Of a DNA stretch of 64,000 nucleotides, positions 1-10,185 are shown one piece after another. The position numbers and the translations under genes were made by a program. This stretch comes from Deferribacterales bacterium (GTDB lineage: Bacteria; Chrysiogenota; Deferribacteres; Deferribacterales; Geovibrionaceae): contig JBFWMA010000001.1 in NCBI GenBank assembly GCA_050251875.1, forward strand, positions 369,587 through 433,586. Direction: 5' to 3'. The notes beneath the pieces are model-generated. The model was not told the DNA's origin. It saw only the letters and a program-made list of their open reading frames with translations, and did not search any database. Within the stretch, counting starts at the first letter, position 1, and each line of letters starts with the position of its first letter.

Positions 1-187
1 CGTGGGCAAGAGCTTTGCCCGTTTCGAGGAATCAGGCAACATACAGATAATAGCCTCCAAGGACGAGGCGATGAGAAAAACAGCGGAAGCCGAAGGCGGC
101 GTGATGCTGTTCAAGGCGTCACGTTCGCAGAGGTTCGAGGATTTTATAAACTATCTTCAGAAGGAGAAGAAACAGCGTGCTGTATAA
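1..187 (+). CDS. murF: UDP-N-acetylmuramoyl-tripeptide--D-alanyl-D-alanine ligase, 3' end only (starts before window)
   Basis: C-terminal LFKASRSQRFE motif typical of MurF; directly upstream of mraY. Confidence 0.8.
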   Translation, partial: VGKSFARFEESGNIQIIASKDEAMRKTAEAEGGVMLFKASRSQRFEDFINYLQKEKKQRAV

Positions 188-1262
188 TCTTTTAGTACCG
201 TTATCAGATTATCTTAGTTTTCTTAATGTATTCAGATACATTACATTCCGAACCGCCTATGCGGCCGTTACCGCTCTGGCTATCACTCTGATAATGGGAC
301 CTTTTGTTATCAGAAAACTGAAAGATATGTCATTCAGCATGAAATCAAAGGGTTATGAGCCCGAACGCCACAAGGTGAAAGAGGGAACTCCCACCATGGG
401 CGGAATCATGATAGTAGGCTCAGCGGCGCTCTCCACGCTCCTTTGGGCAGACCTCAAAAACCCCTATATCTGGATAGTGCTCTTCATCTTTGTCGCATAC
501 GGGCTTCTCGGGTTCGTGGACGACTACAAAAAAACTATACTGAAAAACCCCAACGGCATAACACCCAGACAGAAATTCTCCGGACAGCTCATAGTGGCTG
601 TCATCGCTATGGTTTTCATATACATGGCGGACCATACCGGAGTTTCGACCAAGCTGGCTATGCCCTTCTTTAAAAGATTCGTGGTGGACATGGGAATATT
701 CTACTGCGCTTTCGCCGTGTTCATCATCATCGGCACATCCAACGCCGTGAACCTGACAGACGGGCTGGACGGGCTCGCCATAACACCCAGCATAATAGCA
801 TTCGGTACCATCGGATTCATGACATATATGACAGGTAACTTCAAATTCGCTCACTATCTGAACATTCTCTATGTTCCCGGCGCGGGCGAGCTCAGCATTT
901 TCTGCGGAGCTATGGCAGGAGCGGGACTGGGATTTCTGTGGTTCAACGCCCATCCGGCGTCTGTTTTCATGGGCGATGTGGGTTCTCTGTCCATAGGCGG
1001 AGCGCTCGCCGGAGTGGCTGTCATAGCCAAACACGAAGTGGTTCTCGCTGTTGTGGGCGGAATATTTGTCATGGAGACCCTGTCCGTGATACTTCAGGTT
1101 GGGTACTTTAAGATGACCAAAGGAAAGAGACTGTTCCGCATGGCTCCCATCCATCATCATTTCGAACTGGCGGGCTGGAGCGAAACCAAGATAACCGTGC
1201 GGTTCTGGATCATCTCTTTCATTCTGGCGCTGATAGCTCTTTCCACCCTGAAACTGAGGTAA
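177..1262 (+). CDS. mraY: Phospho-N-acetylmuramoyl-pentapeptide transferase
   Basis: KEGTPTMGG, NAVNLTDGLDGLA, FMGDVGS and MAPIHHHFE motifs; multi-TM. Confidence 0.98.
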   Translation: MLYNLLVPLSDYLSFLNVFRYITFRTAYAAVTALAITLIMGPFVIRKLKDMSFSMKSKGYEPERHKVKEGTPTMGGIMIVGSAALSTLLWADLKNPYIWIVLFIFVAYGLLGFVDDYKKTILKNPNGITPRQKFSGQLIVAVIAMVFIYMADHTGVSTKLAMPFFKRFVVDMGIFYCAFAVFIIIGTSNAVNLTDGLDGLAITPSIIAFGTIGFMTYMTGNFKFAHYLNILYVPGAGELSIFCGAMAGAGLGFLWFNAHPASVFMGDVGSLSIGGALAGVAVIAKHEVVLAVVGGIFVMETLSVILQVGYFKMTKGKRLFRMAPIHHHFELAGWSETKITVRFWIISFILALIALSTLKLR

Positions 1263-1265
1263 GAG

Positions 1266-2528
1266 ATGAGAGCGGCGGTAATAGGATACGGAAAAAGCGG
1301 TATGGCGGCTGAGAACCTTCTGAAGCTGGAAGGATACTCCGACATCACCGTATATGACGACAAAAAAGAAGGGGCGAAAAAGATCTCCGAGTTCACAGAC
1401 ACATACGACTGTGTGGCGGTGAGCCCGGGTATCGACCTGCGCAAGATGCAGAACGCTCCGAAAAAATATACCAGCGAAATAGAGCTGGCGCAGAAGCATA
1501 AGCCTAAGAACGCCAAAGTGATAGGCATCACGGGCACAAACGGAAAGTCCACAGTGACAACCCTCACAGCCCAGATACTGACTCTGGCGGGAGTGGATTC
1601 CGTGGCATGCGGAAACATCGGACTGACATACGGCGAATGTGTGCTGGCGCACGAATACGGGTGCTATGTGGTGGAGCTGTCCAGCTTTCAGACGGGCATG
1701 CTTCATGAGTTCTCCGCCGAGTGCGTGATAGTCACCAACCTCGCCGAAGACCACATGGACAGATACAGAGACATGGACGACTATGCCGATGACAAGATGA
1801 ACCTGATTAATTTCATCAGAGAAGACGGCAGACTGATAATAGAGGACGAAGCGTATCTGGTGAAAAAATCCTCATTTTATCAGGGCGAAACAGTAAAAAT
1901 AGATCCGAAACTGGGAAATATGCCGAAACTGACAGGCTCAAAGCTGGATTTCGGCAGGTTTTACGCTGATATAACAGGATTTCCGCTCAAGGGCGGACAC
2001 AATATAATGAACCTGTCCTACTCTCTGCTGGCGGCTGACGCAATATGCGGATTCAAAGGCGATGTGACAAATCTGGTGACAGGGCTCACCGGACTGCCTC
2101 ACAGATGCGAGTTCGTGGCGAATATAGACGGGGTGGACTGGATAAACGACTCCAAAGGAACCAACCTGCACAGCACGCTGACCTGCCTCAAGGGTTTTGA
2201 CAAGGGCGTTAACGTGATTCTGGGCGGCAAGGACAAGAACGGGGATTTTACCGTTCTGACGGACGTACTTAATGAAAAGGCTGTGCGTGTGATTGCATAC
2301 GGCATGGCAGGCGAAAAGATAGAAAAGACTCTGAAGGACAGGCTGAATATTCCTGTTGTCAGGGTAAAAGATATGAACGAGGCGGTGGAGGTCTGCCGCA
2401 AAAACGCTAAAAGCGGAGAGAAAGTAGTGCTTTCACCCGCTTGCGCCAGCTTCGACCTTTACAGAGGGTTCGAGCACAGAGGCGAGCATTTTATGGAACT
2501 GGTACAGACACTTAAAGGCGGAAAATGA
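1266..2528 (+). CDS. murD: UDP-N-acetylmuramoylalanine--D-glutamate ligase
   Basis: GITGTNGKST P-loop, NDSKGTN, LSPACASFD. Confidence 0.97.
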   Translation: MRAAVIGYGKSGMAAENLLKLEGYSDITVYDDKKEGAKKISEFTDTYDCVAVSPGIDLRKMQNAPKKYTSEIELAQKHKPKNAKVIGITGTNGKSTVTTLTAQILTLAGVDSVACGNIGLTYGECVLAHEYGCYVVELSSFQTGMLHEFSAECVIVTNLAEDHMDRYRDMDDYADDKMNLINFIREDGRLIIEDEAYLVKKSSFYQGETVKIDPKLGNMPKLTGSKLDFGRFYADITGFPLKGGHNIMNLSYSLLAADAICGFKGDVTNLVTGLTGLPHRCEFVANIDGVDWINDSKGTNLHSTLTCLKGFDKGVNVILGGKDKNGDFTVLTDVLNEKAVRVIAYGMAGEKIEKTLKDRLNIPVVRVKDMNEAVEVCRKNAKSGEKVVLSPACASFDLYRGFEHRGEHFMELVQTLKGGK

Positions 2529-3619
2529 ACGACATAAGGGACAACAGACTTAAAATTCTGATTATCACTTCGTTTCTGGTAATTTTAGGTCTTATCTTTC
2601 TGCTCTCTTCCGGGACAATGGTTGCCCTCAGTCTGGGCAAACAGGAGCTGTATTTCTTTCAGAAACAGCTTATCAGCGTTCTGGTGGGATGTTTCATCAT
2701 GTATTCCGCATACCGTGTGCCGTTGAACACATGGCGGAAGCTGACCCCTGTCTTTTATTTCGCCACGCTGATAATGCTGGTGACGGTATTCGCCTACCGC
2801 CCCATCAACGGAGCGCACAGGTGGGTACTGCTTCCCGGATTCAGCTTACAGCCGTCCGAGCTGGCTAAGTTCACGGTTATTCTCTATCTCGCCCACTATC
2901 TGGACAAGAAAGAGGACAAGCTGAAAGATTTCGCAAAAGGCTTTCTCCCGGCGTCTATCATGCTGGGTTTGATCGGCGCTTTGATACTGATGGAGCCGGA
3001 TTTCGGTACCACATTTCTTCTGATAACAGTGCTCCTCGCCATGTTCATCATAGGCGGGGCGAGCATTATGCATATAGGCGGCGTTCTGGGGTTCATCGCC
3101 CCCATACTGATCGCCGGGCTTATGATGGGCTACCGCAAGGCGAGGCTTCTCAGCTTCCTCGATCCGCTGGAGGACAGATACGGCGTGGGATACCAGCTGG
3201 TTCAGTCGCTGGCGGCGATATGCAGCGGCGGTCTCTTCGGAAAGGGACTGGGCAACTCTTCACAGAAACTGCACTTCCTGCCGGAGGCGCACACAGACTT
3301 CATCTTTGCCATCATCTCCGAAGAGACAGGTCTCTGGGGAGCGTTCGGCATTATGATTCTGTTCGGGCTTCTTTTTTATGTGCTTATAAAGGTGGCTAAG
3401 TCACACGAAGATAAATTCAAGAGACTGCTCACATTCGGCATGGCCTACACCATGATAATACAGGCGATACTGCATGTAGGCGTGGTGTCTGGCGCTCTGC
3501 CCACAAAAGGAATCGGTCTGCCGTATATGAGCTATGGCGGTTCGTCTATGATATTCGCCCTGTTCATGACGGGGGTTCTGCTCAGAAGCGCTGAAGAGGC
3601 GCAGGGGCAGAAACAATGA
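2525..3619 (+). CDS. ftsW: SEDS peptidoglycan glycosyltransferase FtsW
   Basis: QPSELAK, LPEAHTDFIF, SYGGSS; dcw position. Confidence 0.96.
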   Translation: MNDIRDNRLKILIITSFLVILGLIFLLSSGTMVALSLGKQELYFFQKQLISVLVGCFIMYSAYRVPLNTWRKLTPVFYFATLIMLVTVFAYRPINGAHRWVLLPGFSLQPSELAKFTVILYLAHYLDKKEDKLKDFAKGFLPASIMLGLIGALILMEPDFGTTFLLITVLLAMFIIGGASIMHIGGVLGFIAPILIAGLMMGYRKARLLSFLDPLEDRYGVGYQLVQSLAAICSGGLFGKGLGNSSQKLHFLPEAHTDFIFAIISEETGLWGAFGIMILFGLLFYVLIKVAKSHEDKFKRLLTFGMAYTMIIQAILHVGVVSGALPTKGIGLPYMSYGGSSMIFALFMTGVLLRSAEEAQGQKQ

Positions 3620-4665
3620 GCAGACAGAGACTGATAATAGCCGGCGGCGGCACGGGCGGGCATCTGTATCCGGGTATAGCCGTTGCGCAGTATCTGAAAG
3701 ACAGAAACGTAGAGTGTTTTTTCATAGTCTCCGACAGGGGGCTGGAGAGAAAGGTTCTGACCGGGCTCGGATATAAGTTTTATGAGCAGAAGCAGACTCC
3801 TCTGAAAGGAGTGGGATTCGGCACGAAGATACGCTCCGTGTTCAGGCTGATGAAAGAGATAATGGTCTGCTACAGACTGATAAAACGCCACGATATAGTG
3901 CTGATGACAGGCGGGTTCGCCTCGGCGGCTCCCGGGCTCATCGCCATAATGAAAGGACTCAGGCTGTATATGCACGAGCAGAACAGCGTGATGGGCTTTA
4001 CCAACAGACTTTTCGCCGGAGGATGCGACAGAGTGTTTCTGTCTTTTCCGGAAACGATAAACGCACAGGGAAACACAGAGGTAGCGGGCAACCCGGTTAG
4101 GGAAGAGTTCACTAAGATAGGCGCTATGAAGACAGCGGGAAAAAGGATACTGGTTCTCGGCGGGTCACAGGGCAGCCGCATAGTGAACAACCTGATAGCG
4201 GACGCCGCTCCGGTGCTTCTGGAGCGCGGATTCAGCATTATGCACCAGACAGGCGGAGCGCTGCTGGGTGAGACAGAGGAAAAATACAGGCTGAAGGGAC
4301 TTCTGAAAAAAGATGAACTGAAGCTGACGGATTATATAGAGAACGTGGCGGACGCTCTGGCAGAGGCGGATATCGTGATAGCCAGAAGCGGCTCAGGGAC
4401 AGTGTTTGAGGTGATGAACGCCGGGAGATACGCCGTTTATATTCCGTTTGCGAAGGCGGCGGACAACCATCAGTATCACAACGCCATGTTCGCTGAAAAA
4501 GAAGGAATCGCAAAAGTTGTGACAGAAGAATCCGCAACTGTGGAAAAAATTATAGAAACCATTGAAGATTATGAGAAAAACAGCGATTTGTATATAGAAA
4601 AGCTGAACAGCGTAAAAAAATACAACAGCGCACAGATAATAGCAGGGGGAATGAACATTGGATAA
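3616..4665 (+). CDS. murG: Undecaprenyl-PP-MurNAc-pentapeptide GlcNAc transferase
   Basis: GGGTGGHLYPG, HEQN, GGSQG, HQYHNA. Confidence 0.97.
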   Translation: MSRQRLIIAGGGTGGHLYPGIAVAQYLKDRNVECFFIVSDRGLERKVLTGLGYKFYEQKQTPLKGVGFGTKIRSVFRLMKEIMVCYRLIKRHDIVLMTGGFASAAPGLIAIMKGLRLYMHEQNSVMGFTNRLFAGGCDRVFLSFPETINAQGNTEVAGNPVREEFTKIGAMKTAGKRILVLGGSQGSRIVNNLIADAAPVLLERGFSIMHQTGGALLGETEEKYRLKGLLKKDELKLTDYIENVADALAEADIVIARSGSGTVFEVMNAGRYAVYIPFAKAADNHQYHNAMFAEKEGIAKVVTEESATVEKIIETIEDYEKNSDLYIEKLNSVKKYNSAQIIAGGMNIG

Positions 4666-6055
4666 GGTGTTCGGAACGGTCAAAAACATACATTTTGTCG
4701 GTATCGGCGGTATCGGAATGAGCGGTATAGCGGAGGTTCTGCATAACATGGGCTTCACCGTGAGCGGTTCGGATCTTTCTGAGAGCGGCAACGTTAAACG
4801 CCTTATGAATATGGGAATCGACATCCGCACAGGACACAGATACGAAAACGCCGAGGACGCTGACGTTGTGGTCTATACATCTGCGGTGAAAGAGACCAAC
4901 CCCGAGCTGGTCTGCGCCAAAGATAATTTCATACCAGTTATCAAGCGAGGCGAGATGCTGGCGGAGCTGATGAGGCTGAAATATTCTGTAGCGGTGGCGG
5001 GAAGCCACGGCAAGACGACAACCACATCCATGGTGTCCGAAATTCTGAACGAGGCGAAGCTCGACCCCACAACTGTCGTGGGTGGGATTCTCAACAGCAA
5101 GGATACAAACGCCTCTCTGGGCAGGGGCAACGTGATAGTGGCTGAGGCGGATGAATCCGACAGGAGCTTTCTGCTGATGTCGCCCACCATAGCGCTCATC
5201 ACCAACATAGACTATGAGCATCCCGATACATACAGCGATCTGGATGATGTTAAACAGACTTTTATAGATTTTGCCGCCCGTGTGCCTTTTTACGGCAGTG
5301 TGGTTATATGTCTGGAAGACATGAACACAGCGGACATCATCCCGCACATAGGCAGAAGATTCGTGACATACGGATTCAAGGCGCAGGCGGATGTGCATGC
5401 TGTAAACATAGAGCAGAAGGGATTCGGAATGCACTATGACGTGGTTATTAAGGGACAGAAGATGGGCAAGATCAAGCTCGGATTCCCCGGCGAACACAAC
5501 GTGCTGAACTCTCTGGGAGCCATAGCTGTGGCTCAGGAGTTCGACATTCCCTTCAAAGTGATTAAAAAAGCTCTGGAAAAGTTCAAAGGCGTTCAGAGAA
5601 GGCTCACAGCCAGATATGATGACGGCTGCTGTATCGTGATGGACGATTACGGACACCACCCCACAGAGATAAAAACCACCCTGAAGGCTATCAGGGGAGC
5701 ATACGGCGACAAGAAGATAGTGGCGACATTCCAGCCCCACAGATACACCAGAACACAGGCGCTTATCAAGGATTTCGCCATGGCATTCTTCGATGTGGAT
5801 CAGCTCTTCATCGCCGATATATACGCCGCCAGCGAGGACAAGATAGACGGTGTGGATTCCGAGACGCTGGTGAGAGAGATCAAAAAGAGAGGATTCAAGA
5901 ACGTGCACTACATAGGCTCGTTCGATGACATATACGACTATCTGGACGATGAGGGATGTGACGAGACGGTTCTGGTTACACTGGGCGCCGGGTCCATCAC
6001 AAAGTTTTCGTTCGAGCTGGCCGACAGAGTGAGGGAAAAACGTGGGAAAAAGTAA
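4658..6055 (+). CDS. murC: UDP-N-acetylmuramate--L-alanine ligase
   Basis: GIGGIGMSG, GSHGKTTT, EADESD, DDYGHHPTE. Confidence 0.98.
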   Translation: MDKVFGTVKNIHFVGIGGIGMSGIAEVLHNMGFTVSGSDLSESGNVKRLMNMGIDIRTGHRYENAEDADVVVYTSAVKETNPELVCAKDNFIPVIKRGEMLAELMRLKYSVAVAGSHGKTTTTSMVSEILNEAKLDPTTVVGGILNSKDTNASLGRGNVIVAEADESDRSFLLMSPTIALITNIDYEHPDTYSDLDDVKQTFIDFAARVPFYGSVVICLEDMNTADIIPHIGRRFVTYGFKAQADVHAVNIEQKGFGMHYDVVIKGQKMGKIKLGFPGEHNVLNSLGAIAVAQEFDIPFKVIKKALEKFKGVQRRLTARYDDGCCIVMDDYGHHPTEIKTTLKAIRGAYGDKKIVATFQPHRYTRTQALIKDFAMAFFDVDQLFIADIYAASEDKIDGVDSETLVREIKKRGFKNVHYIGSFDDIYDYLDDEGCDETVLVTLGAGSITKFSFELADRVREKRGKK

Positions 6056-6926
6056 GGTTGCGGTCCTTTACGGCGGGATGTCAGCCGAAAGAGAGGTTTC
6101 GCTCAGAAGCGGGCAGGCGGCTTATGACGCTCTGGTTCGTCTGGGTTATGAAACCGCTCTGATAGATATGGATAAGGATGTAGCTTTCAGAATAAAAGAG
6201 AGCGGAGCGGAAGTCTGCTTCATCGCTCTGCACGGGACATACGGAGAGGACGGGCGCATACAGGGGATGCTGGACATCATGGATATGGCGTACACAGGTT
6301 CCAACTTCGAGTCGAACATGATCGCCTTCGACAAACTGCTGTCCAAGGAACAGTTTGTAAAATGCGGCGTTCCGACACCCGCTTACAGTCTTTTGACTGA
6401 TAAAATGCCTTTCAAAAAATGCGTGGTGAAGCCGTGCAGACAGGGATCGTCTGTGGGCATACATATAGTGGACAACGAAAACGACTACAAAGAGGCGCTG
6501 AAAGACGCCGAGAAATACGACAGCAAGATAATGCTGGAAGAATGTGTGGACGGTAAGGAGTTTACAGTTTCCATACTGGGTTCTGAGGTTCTTCCCATTA
6601 TCTGGATACGCCCGAAAAAAGGTGTTTATGACTATGAGTCGAAATACACCAAGGGCATGACCGAGTATGTTTTCGAAACAGAAGTTACAGACGAGCAGTA
6701 TAAATATGTTCAGGATACAGCCAAAAGAGCGTTTGACGCCCTGGGCTGTTCAGGATACGGCAGAGTGGATATCATCTTTGACGGAAAAGAGGCTTATGTC
6801 CTCGAGGTGAATACACTGCCCGGAATGACAGAGACCAGTCTTTTGCCGAAGGCCGCCGGAAAAGCCGGGATGACCTTTGACATGATGGTGGAGAGGATGC
6901 TCCACGGGGCTGAAAAGCATAAATAA
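6042..6926 (+). CDS. ddl: D-alanine--D-alanine ligase
   Basis: GGMSAEREVS, LHGTYGEDG, YDYESKY, EVNTLPGMT. Confidence 0.97.
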   Translation: MGKSKVAVLYGGMSAEREVSLRSGQAAYDALVRLGYETALIDMDKDVAFRIKESGAEVCFIALHGTYGEDGRIQGMLDIMDMAYTGSNFESNMIAFDKLLSKEQFVKCGVPTPAYSLLTDKMPFKKCVVKPCRQGSSVGIHIVDNENDYKEALKDAEKYDSKIMLEECVDGKEFTVSILGSEVLPIIWIRPKKGVYDYESKYTKGMTEYVFETEVTDEQYKYVQDTAKRAFDALGCSGYGRVDIIFDGKEAYVLEVNTLPGMTETSLLPKAAGKAGMTFDMMVERMLHGAEKHK

Positions 6927-6966
6927 ATGCCAATACCCATGGATGGGGTTGCTTGAACGGAGTTAG

Positions 6967-7656
6967 GTGATGGCGAAGAATAAGAAAGGATTTCTTAAAT
7001 TTATATTCGTTACAATACTGGCCGCCGGCACTGTTGGTGCCTCTGCGTACGGAATCAGCATTGGAAAGGAAGCGTTTCAGGACAGCTCATATTTCAGGGT
7101 CAAGGCTGTGAATGTGAAGGGACTGATAAAGGCTGACGGAAAGAAAGTAGAGAAGATGATAAAGAGCATGGTGGGTCAGAGCATTTTTGACGTAAACACC
7201 GCCTCTATCAACTATCAGGAAGACTCATGGGTGGAGCGCATGGAGATACGCAAGGTATTTCCGGACAAGCTGGACGTGGTGGTTTTCGAAAAACGCCCCG
7301 TGTTCAAGCTGAAATACACCAAAGGATGCTTCACAGCCACCAGTACAGGTCTGATGATAAAGGACTCATGCGATGGCGCCAGGATAAAAATGGACGCCGG
7401 AGTGAAGGAAGAGGACTTTAAAGAGTTCATCAAAATATATCAGAACGCTGAATATCTGAAAGACAGAGACATTGATCTGAAACAGTTCTATTTCACAATG
7501 AACGACAACGGAACAACTCTGATGGCGCCTTATAAGCAGGAAGATTTCAGCAGTCTGTACGGCACATATGAGCGTACAGTCAAAAAAAGATATAAAACTA
7601 TAGAATATGTAGATATGCGTATACCTGCAAAGATTTACGTTAAAGGGGTGATGTAA
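6967..7656 (+). CDS. ftsQ: Cell division protein FtsQ/DivIB
   Basis: N-terminal TM, POTRA-like WVERMEIRKVFPDKL, C-terminal YVDMR; between ddl and ftsA. Confidence 0.85.
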   Translation: MMAKNKKGFLKFIFVTILAAGTVGASAYGISIGKEAFQDSSYFRVKAVNVKGLIKADGKKVEKMIKSMVGQSIFDVNTASINYQEDSWVERMEIRKVFPDKLDVVVFEKRPVFKLKYTKGCFTATSTGLMIKDSCDGARIKMDAGVKEEDFKEFIKIYQNAEYLKDRDIDLKQFYFTMNDNGTTLMAPYKQEDFSSLYGTYERTVKKRYKTIEYVDMRIPAKIYVKGVM

Positions 7657-8894
7657 TGGCACAGGATAACATCTACGTTGGTCTTGATTTCGGCACGACC
7701 AAGATATGCGTAGTTGTTGCCAGCAAGAACAGCGATGGCAGCATAGACATTATCGGTCTGGGCAAAGCTCCCAGCGACGGCATCCGCAGAGGGGTCGTGG
7801 TGAACATAGATTCCACCGTGAACAGCATCAGAGACGCTATAGCGGAGGCGGAGCGCATGTCCGGCGTGCAGATAAAATCTGTTACGGCGGGAATAGCCGG
7901 CGGACACATAAAGAGCTTTAACCAGAGAGGAACCATCGCGGTGAAGGGCGGGCGTGAGATATCCCAGAAAGACGTGGAAAGGGTTATCGAGACAGCCGCC
8001 GCCACAAACATCACAGTGGGAAATGAGATTCTGGCGATCCTGCCCCAGCAGTTCATTCTGGATGGGCAGTCAGAGATCAAAGACCCGGTGGGAATGACAG
8101 GCGTGCGTCTGGAGGCGGATGTTCACATCATTACCGGTGCCGTGTCCAGCGCCCAGAATATCATCAAAAGTTGTGAAAAAGCCGGAATTATTGTTAATGA
8201 CATAGTTTTAGAGCAATTAGCGTCTTCAGAATCCGTTCTGAGTGACGATGAAAAAGAGATCGGTGTCTGCCTGATAGACGGCGGCGGCGGTACATCCGAC
8301 ATGGCTGTTTTTAAGCAGGGGGCTGTTTTTCACACAGCGGCGCTGCTTATCGGCGGCAGAAACTTTACCAAAGACCTCGCCATCGGGCTGAACACTCCCG
8401 AATCTGAGGCGGAAAAGCTGAAGGTGAAGAACGGATGCGTCTGGATGCCTCTGGTGGAAGAGGACGACAAGATAGAAGTGCCCACAGTGGGCGGACGTCC
8501 TCCCAGACTGGTGAGCAAAGCGACAGTGACACAGATTCTTCAGGCGAGAGCCGAAGAGGTGTTTCAGATATTTAAAGGCGAACTGCAATATAAAGGACTG
8601 CTGGATCATCTCGGCGCCGGAGTGGTTATCACAGGCGGACTGTCGAACCACGAGGGCATAGATCTTCTGGCGGCGGAGATACTGGGCGTTCCTGTGAGAG
8701 TGGGCAGACCCCATAATGTAGGCGGGCTGGCTGACTATGTTCAGGATCCTAAATACGCCACAGGCGTGGGACTGGCGCTGTGCGCCGCCAAGAAAGGACA
8801 TGTGTCCGGCGGAAAACAGCTGACAGGAAGCGATGAGAAACAGTTTACAAACGTTCTGGCAAGGATGAAAAGCTGGTTCGGTGAATTCTTTTAA
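7656..8894 (+). CDS. ftsA: Cell division protein FtsA
   Basis: GLDFGTTKI, DGGGGTSD, VITGG actin-like motifs. Confidence 0.97.
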   Translation: MAQDNIYVGLDFGTTKICVVVASKNSDGSIDIIGLGKAPSDGIRRGVVVNIDSTVNSIRDAIAEAERMSGVQIKSVTAGIAGGHIKSFNQRGTIAVKGGREISQKDVERVIETAAATNITVGNEILAILPQQFILDGQSEIKDPVGMTGVRLEADVHIITGAVSSAQNIIKSCEKAGIIVNDIVLEQLASSESVLSDDEKEIGVCLIDGGGGTSDMAVFKQGAVFHTAALLIGGRNFTKDLAIGLNTPESEAEKLKVKNGCVWMPLVEEDDKIEVPTVGGRPPRLVSKATVTQILQARAEEVFQIFKGELQYKGLLDHLGAGVVITGGLSNHEGIDLLAAEILGVPVRVGRPHNVGGLADYVQDPKYATGVGLALCAAKKGHVSGGKQLTGSDEKQFTNVLARMKSWFGEFF

Positions 8895-8904
8895 GGTAAT
8901 TGTT

Positions 8905-8979
8905 CCCCTCTTTTACAAAGAGGGGTTAGGGGAGATTTCTTAAAGAAATCCCTCCCGTCCTCCCTTTAATAAAGGGAGG
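8905..8979. repeat. Three-hairpin palindromic intergenic element (inverted pair of REP-like units)
   Basis: CCCCTCTTT-TAC-AAAGAGGGG; GATTTCT-TAA-AGAAATC; CCTCCCTTT-AAT-AAAGGGAGG. Confidence 0.7.
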
Positions 8980-9043
8980 TGATAAAAAGTTTTTAATACA
9001 TAACGAGCAGTAAGGATAGAAAGAGCTTAAACAGGAGGATGAC

Positions 9044-10174
9044 ATGTTTGAATTTGCTCCATTAGCACAAAATGCGGTCATCAAGGTTGTCGGTGTCGGC
9101 GGAGCCGGCGGTAATGCCGTCAACAATATGATCAGGGCGGGGATAGCCGATGTAGAGTTTATCGCCGCTAACACAGACGCGCAGGCACTCGCGTCTAACC
9201 TCGCACCCGTAAAGATTCAGCTGGGAACAACAATCACCAGAGGTCTGGGAGCGGGCGGAGTTCCTGAAGTTGGAAAAAAATCAGCGATCGAGGATATGGA
9301 AGCCATCGAACAGCACCTTAGAGGCGCTGACCTCGTATTCGTCACAGCGGGAATGGGAGGCGGAACAGGCACAGGAGCCGCGCCCGTTATAGCCAGCATC
9401 GCAAAGGATCTGGGCGCTCTGACAGTGGCGGTGGTATCTAAACCTTTCGCTTTTGAAGGAAGAAAAAGAAACGATAACGCAGAGCAGGGTCTGAAATTCC
9501 TGAAAGACCATGTGGATACATATATCGTTGTACATAATGACAAAATAATGGATCAGTGCAAAGAGCAGACGCTCTTTGAAGAGGCGTTCAAGATGGCGGA
9601 CGATGTTCTGCGTCAGGGCGTTCAGGGTATCAGTGACGCCATCAATTCCAACGGTGTTGTGAACGTGGACTTCGCAGATATCCGCACCATCATGAGCAGC
9701 AAAGGCATGGCTCTGATGGGTATCGGAGCGGCAGAAGGAGAGAACAGAGACCTGATAGCCGCAGACCGCGCGCTGAGCTCACCTCTGATAACAGACGTGT
9801 CTATCGCCGGAGCGGAAGCACTGCTGCTGAACATCACATGCGGCAGAGATTTCAAAATGTTCGAGATGGACCGTATCGCCACCAAAATCTATGAAGCGGC
9901 TGGCGATGAGGCAAACATATTTAAAGGCGTGGTAGTGAGCGATGAGATAACCAACGGCGAACTGAGAGTAACCGTAGTCGCTACCGGTCTTGGTAAATCC
10001 CGTGAAAAAAAGCCGGTCGACCTTGAAAGTTTCGCCGAGAAAGCAAAGGTCGGAAGAGAGATAAAAAGTACACTCGGCTCAATAAGAAAAACTGACCACA
10101 GGTTAAAAACTCTGACTGATTTCAATGAGGAGGAGTCTGAACTCCCCGCATATCTCAGGAATCAGGCAGACTGA
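9044..10174 (+). CDS. ftsZ: Cell division GTPase FtsZ
   Basis: GGGTGTG tubulin signature, NVDFAD, C-terminal ELPAYLR peptide. Confidence 0.99.
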   Translation: MFEFAPLAQNAVIKVVGVGGAGGNAVNNMIRAGIADVEFIAANTDAQALASNLAPVKIQLGTTITRGLGAGGVPEVGKKSAIEDMEAIEQHLRGADLVFVTAGMGGGTGTGAAPVIASIAKDLGALTVAVVSKPFAFEGRKRNDNAEQGLKFLKDHVDTYIVVHNDKIMDQCKEQTLFEEAFKMADDVLRQGVQGISDAINSNGVVNVDFADIRTIMSSKGMALMGIGAAEGENRDLIAADRALSSPLITDVSIAGAEALLLNITCGRDFKMFEMDRIATKIYEAAGDEANIFKGVVVSDEITNGELRVTVVATGLGKSREKKPVDLESFAEKAKVGREIKSTLGSIRKTDHRLKTLTDFNEEESELPAYLRNQAD

Positions 10175-10185
10175 GATAGTTTGAG

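Noticed and set aside
420..5908. Long antisense ORFs (420-1754, 4550-5908)
   Set aside because: Shadows of conserved dcw genes with no recognisable motifs.
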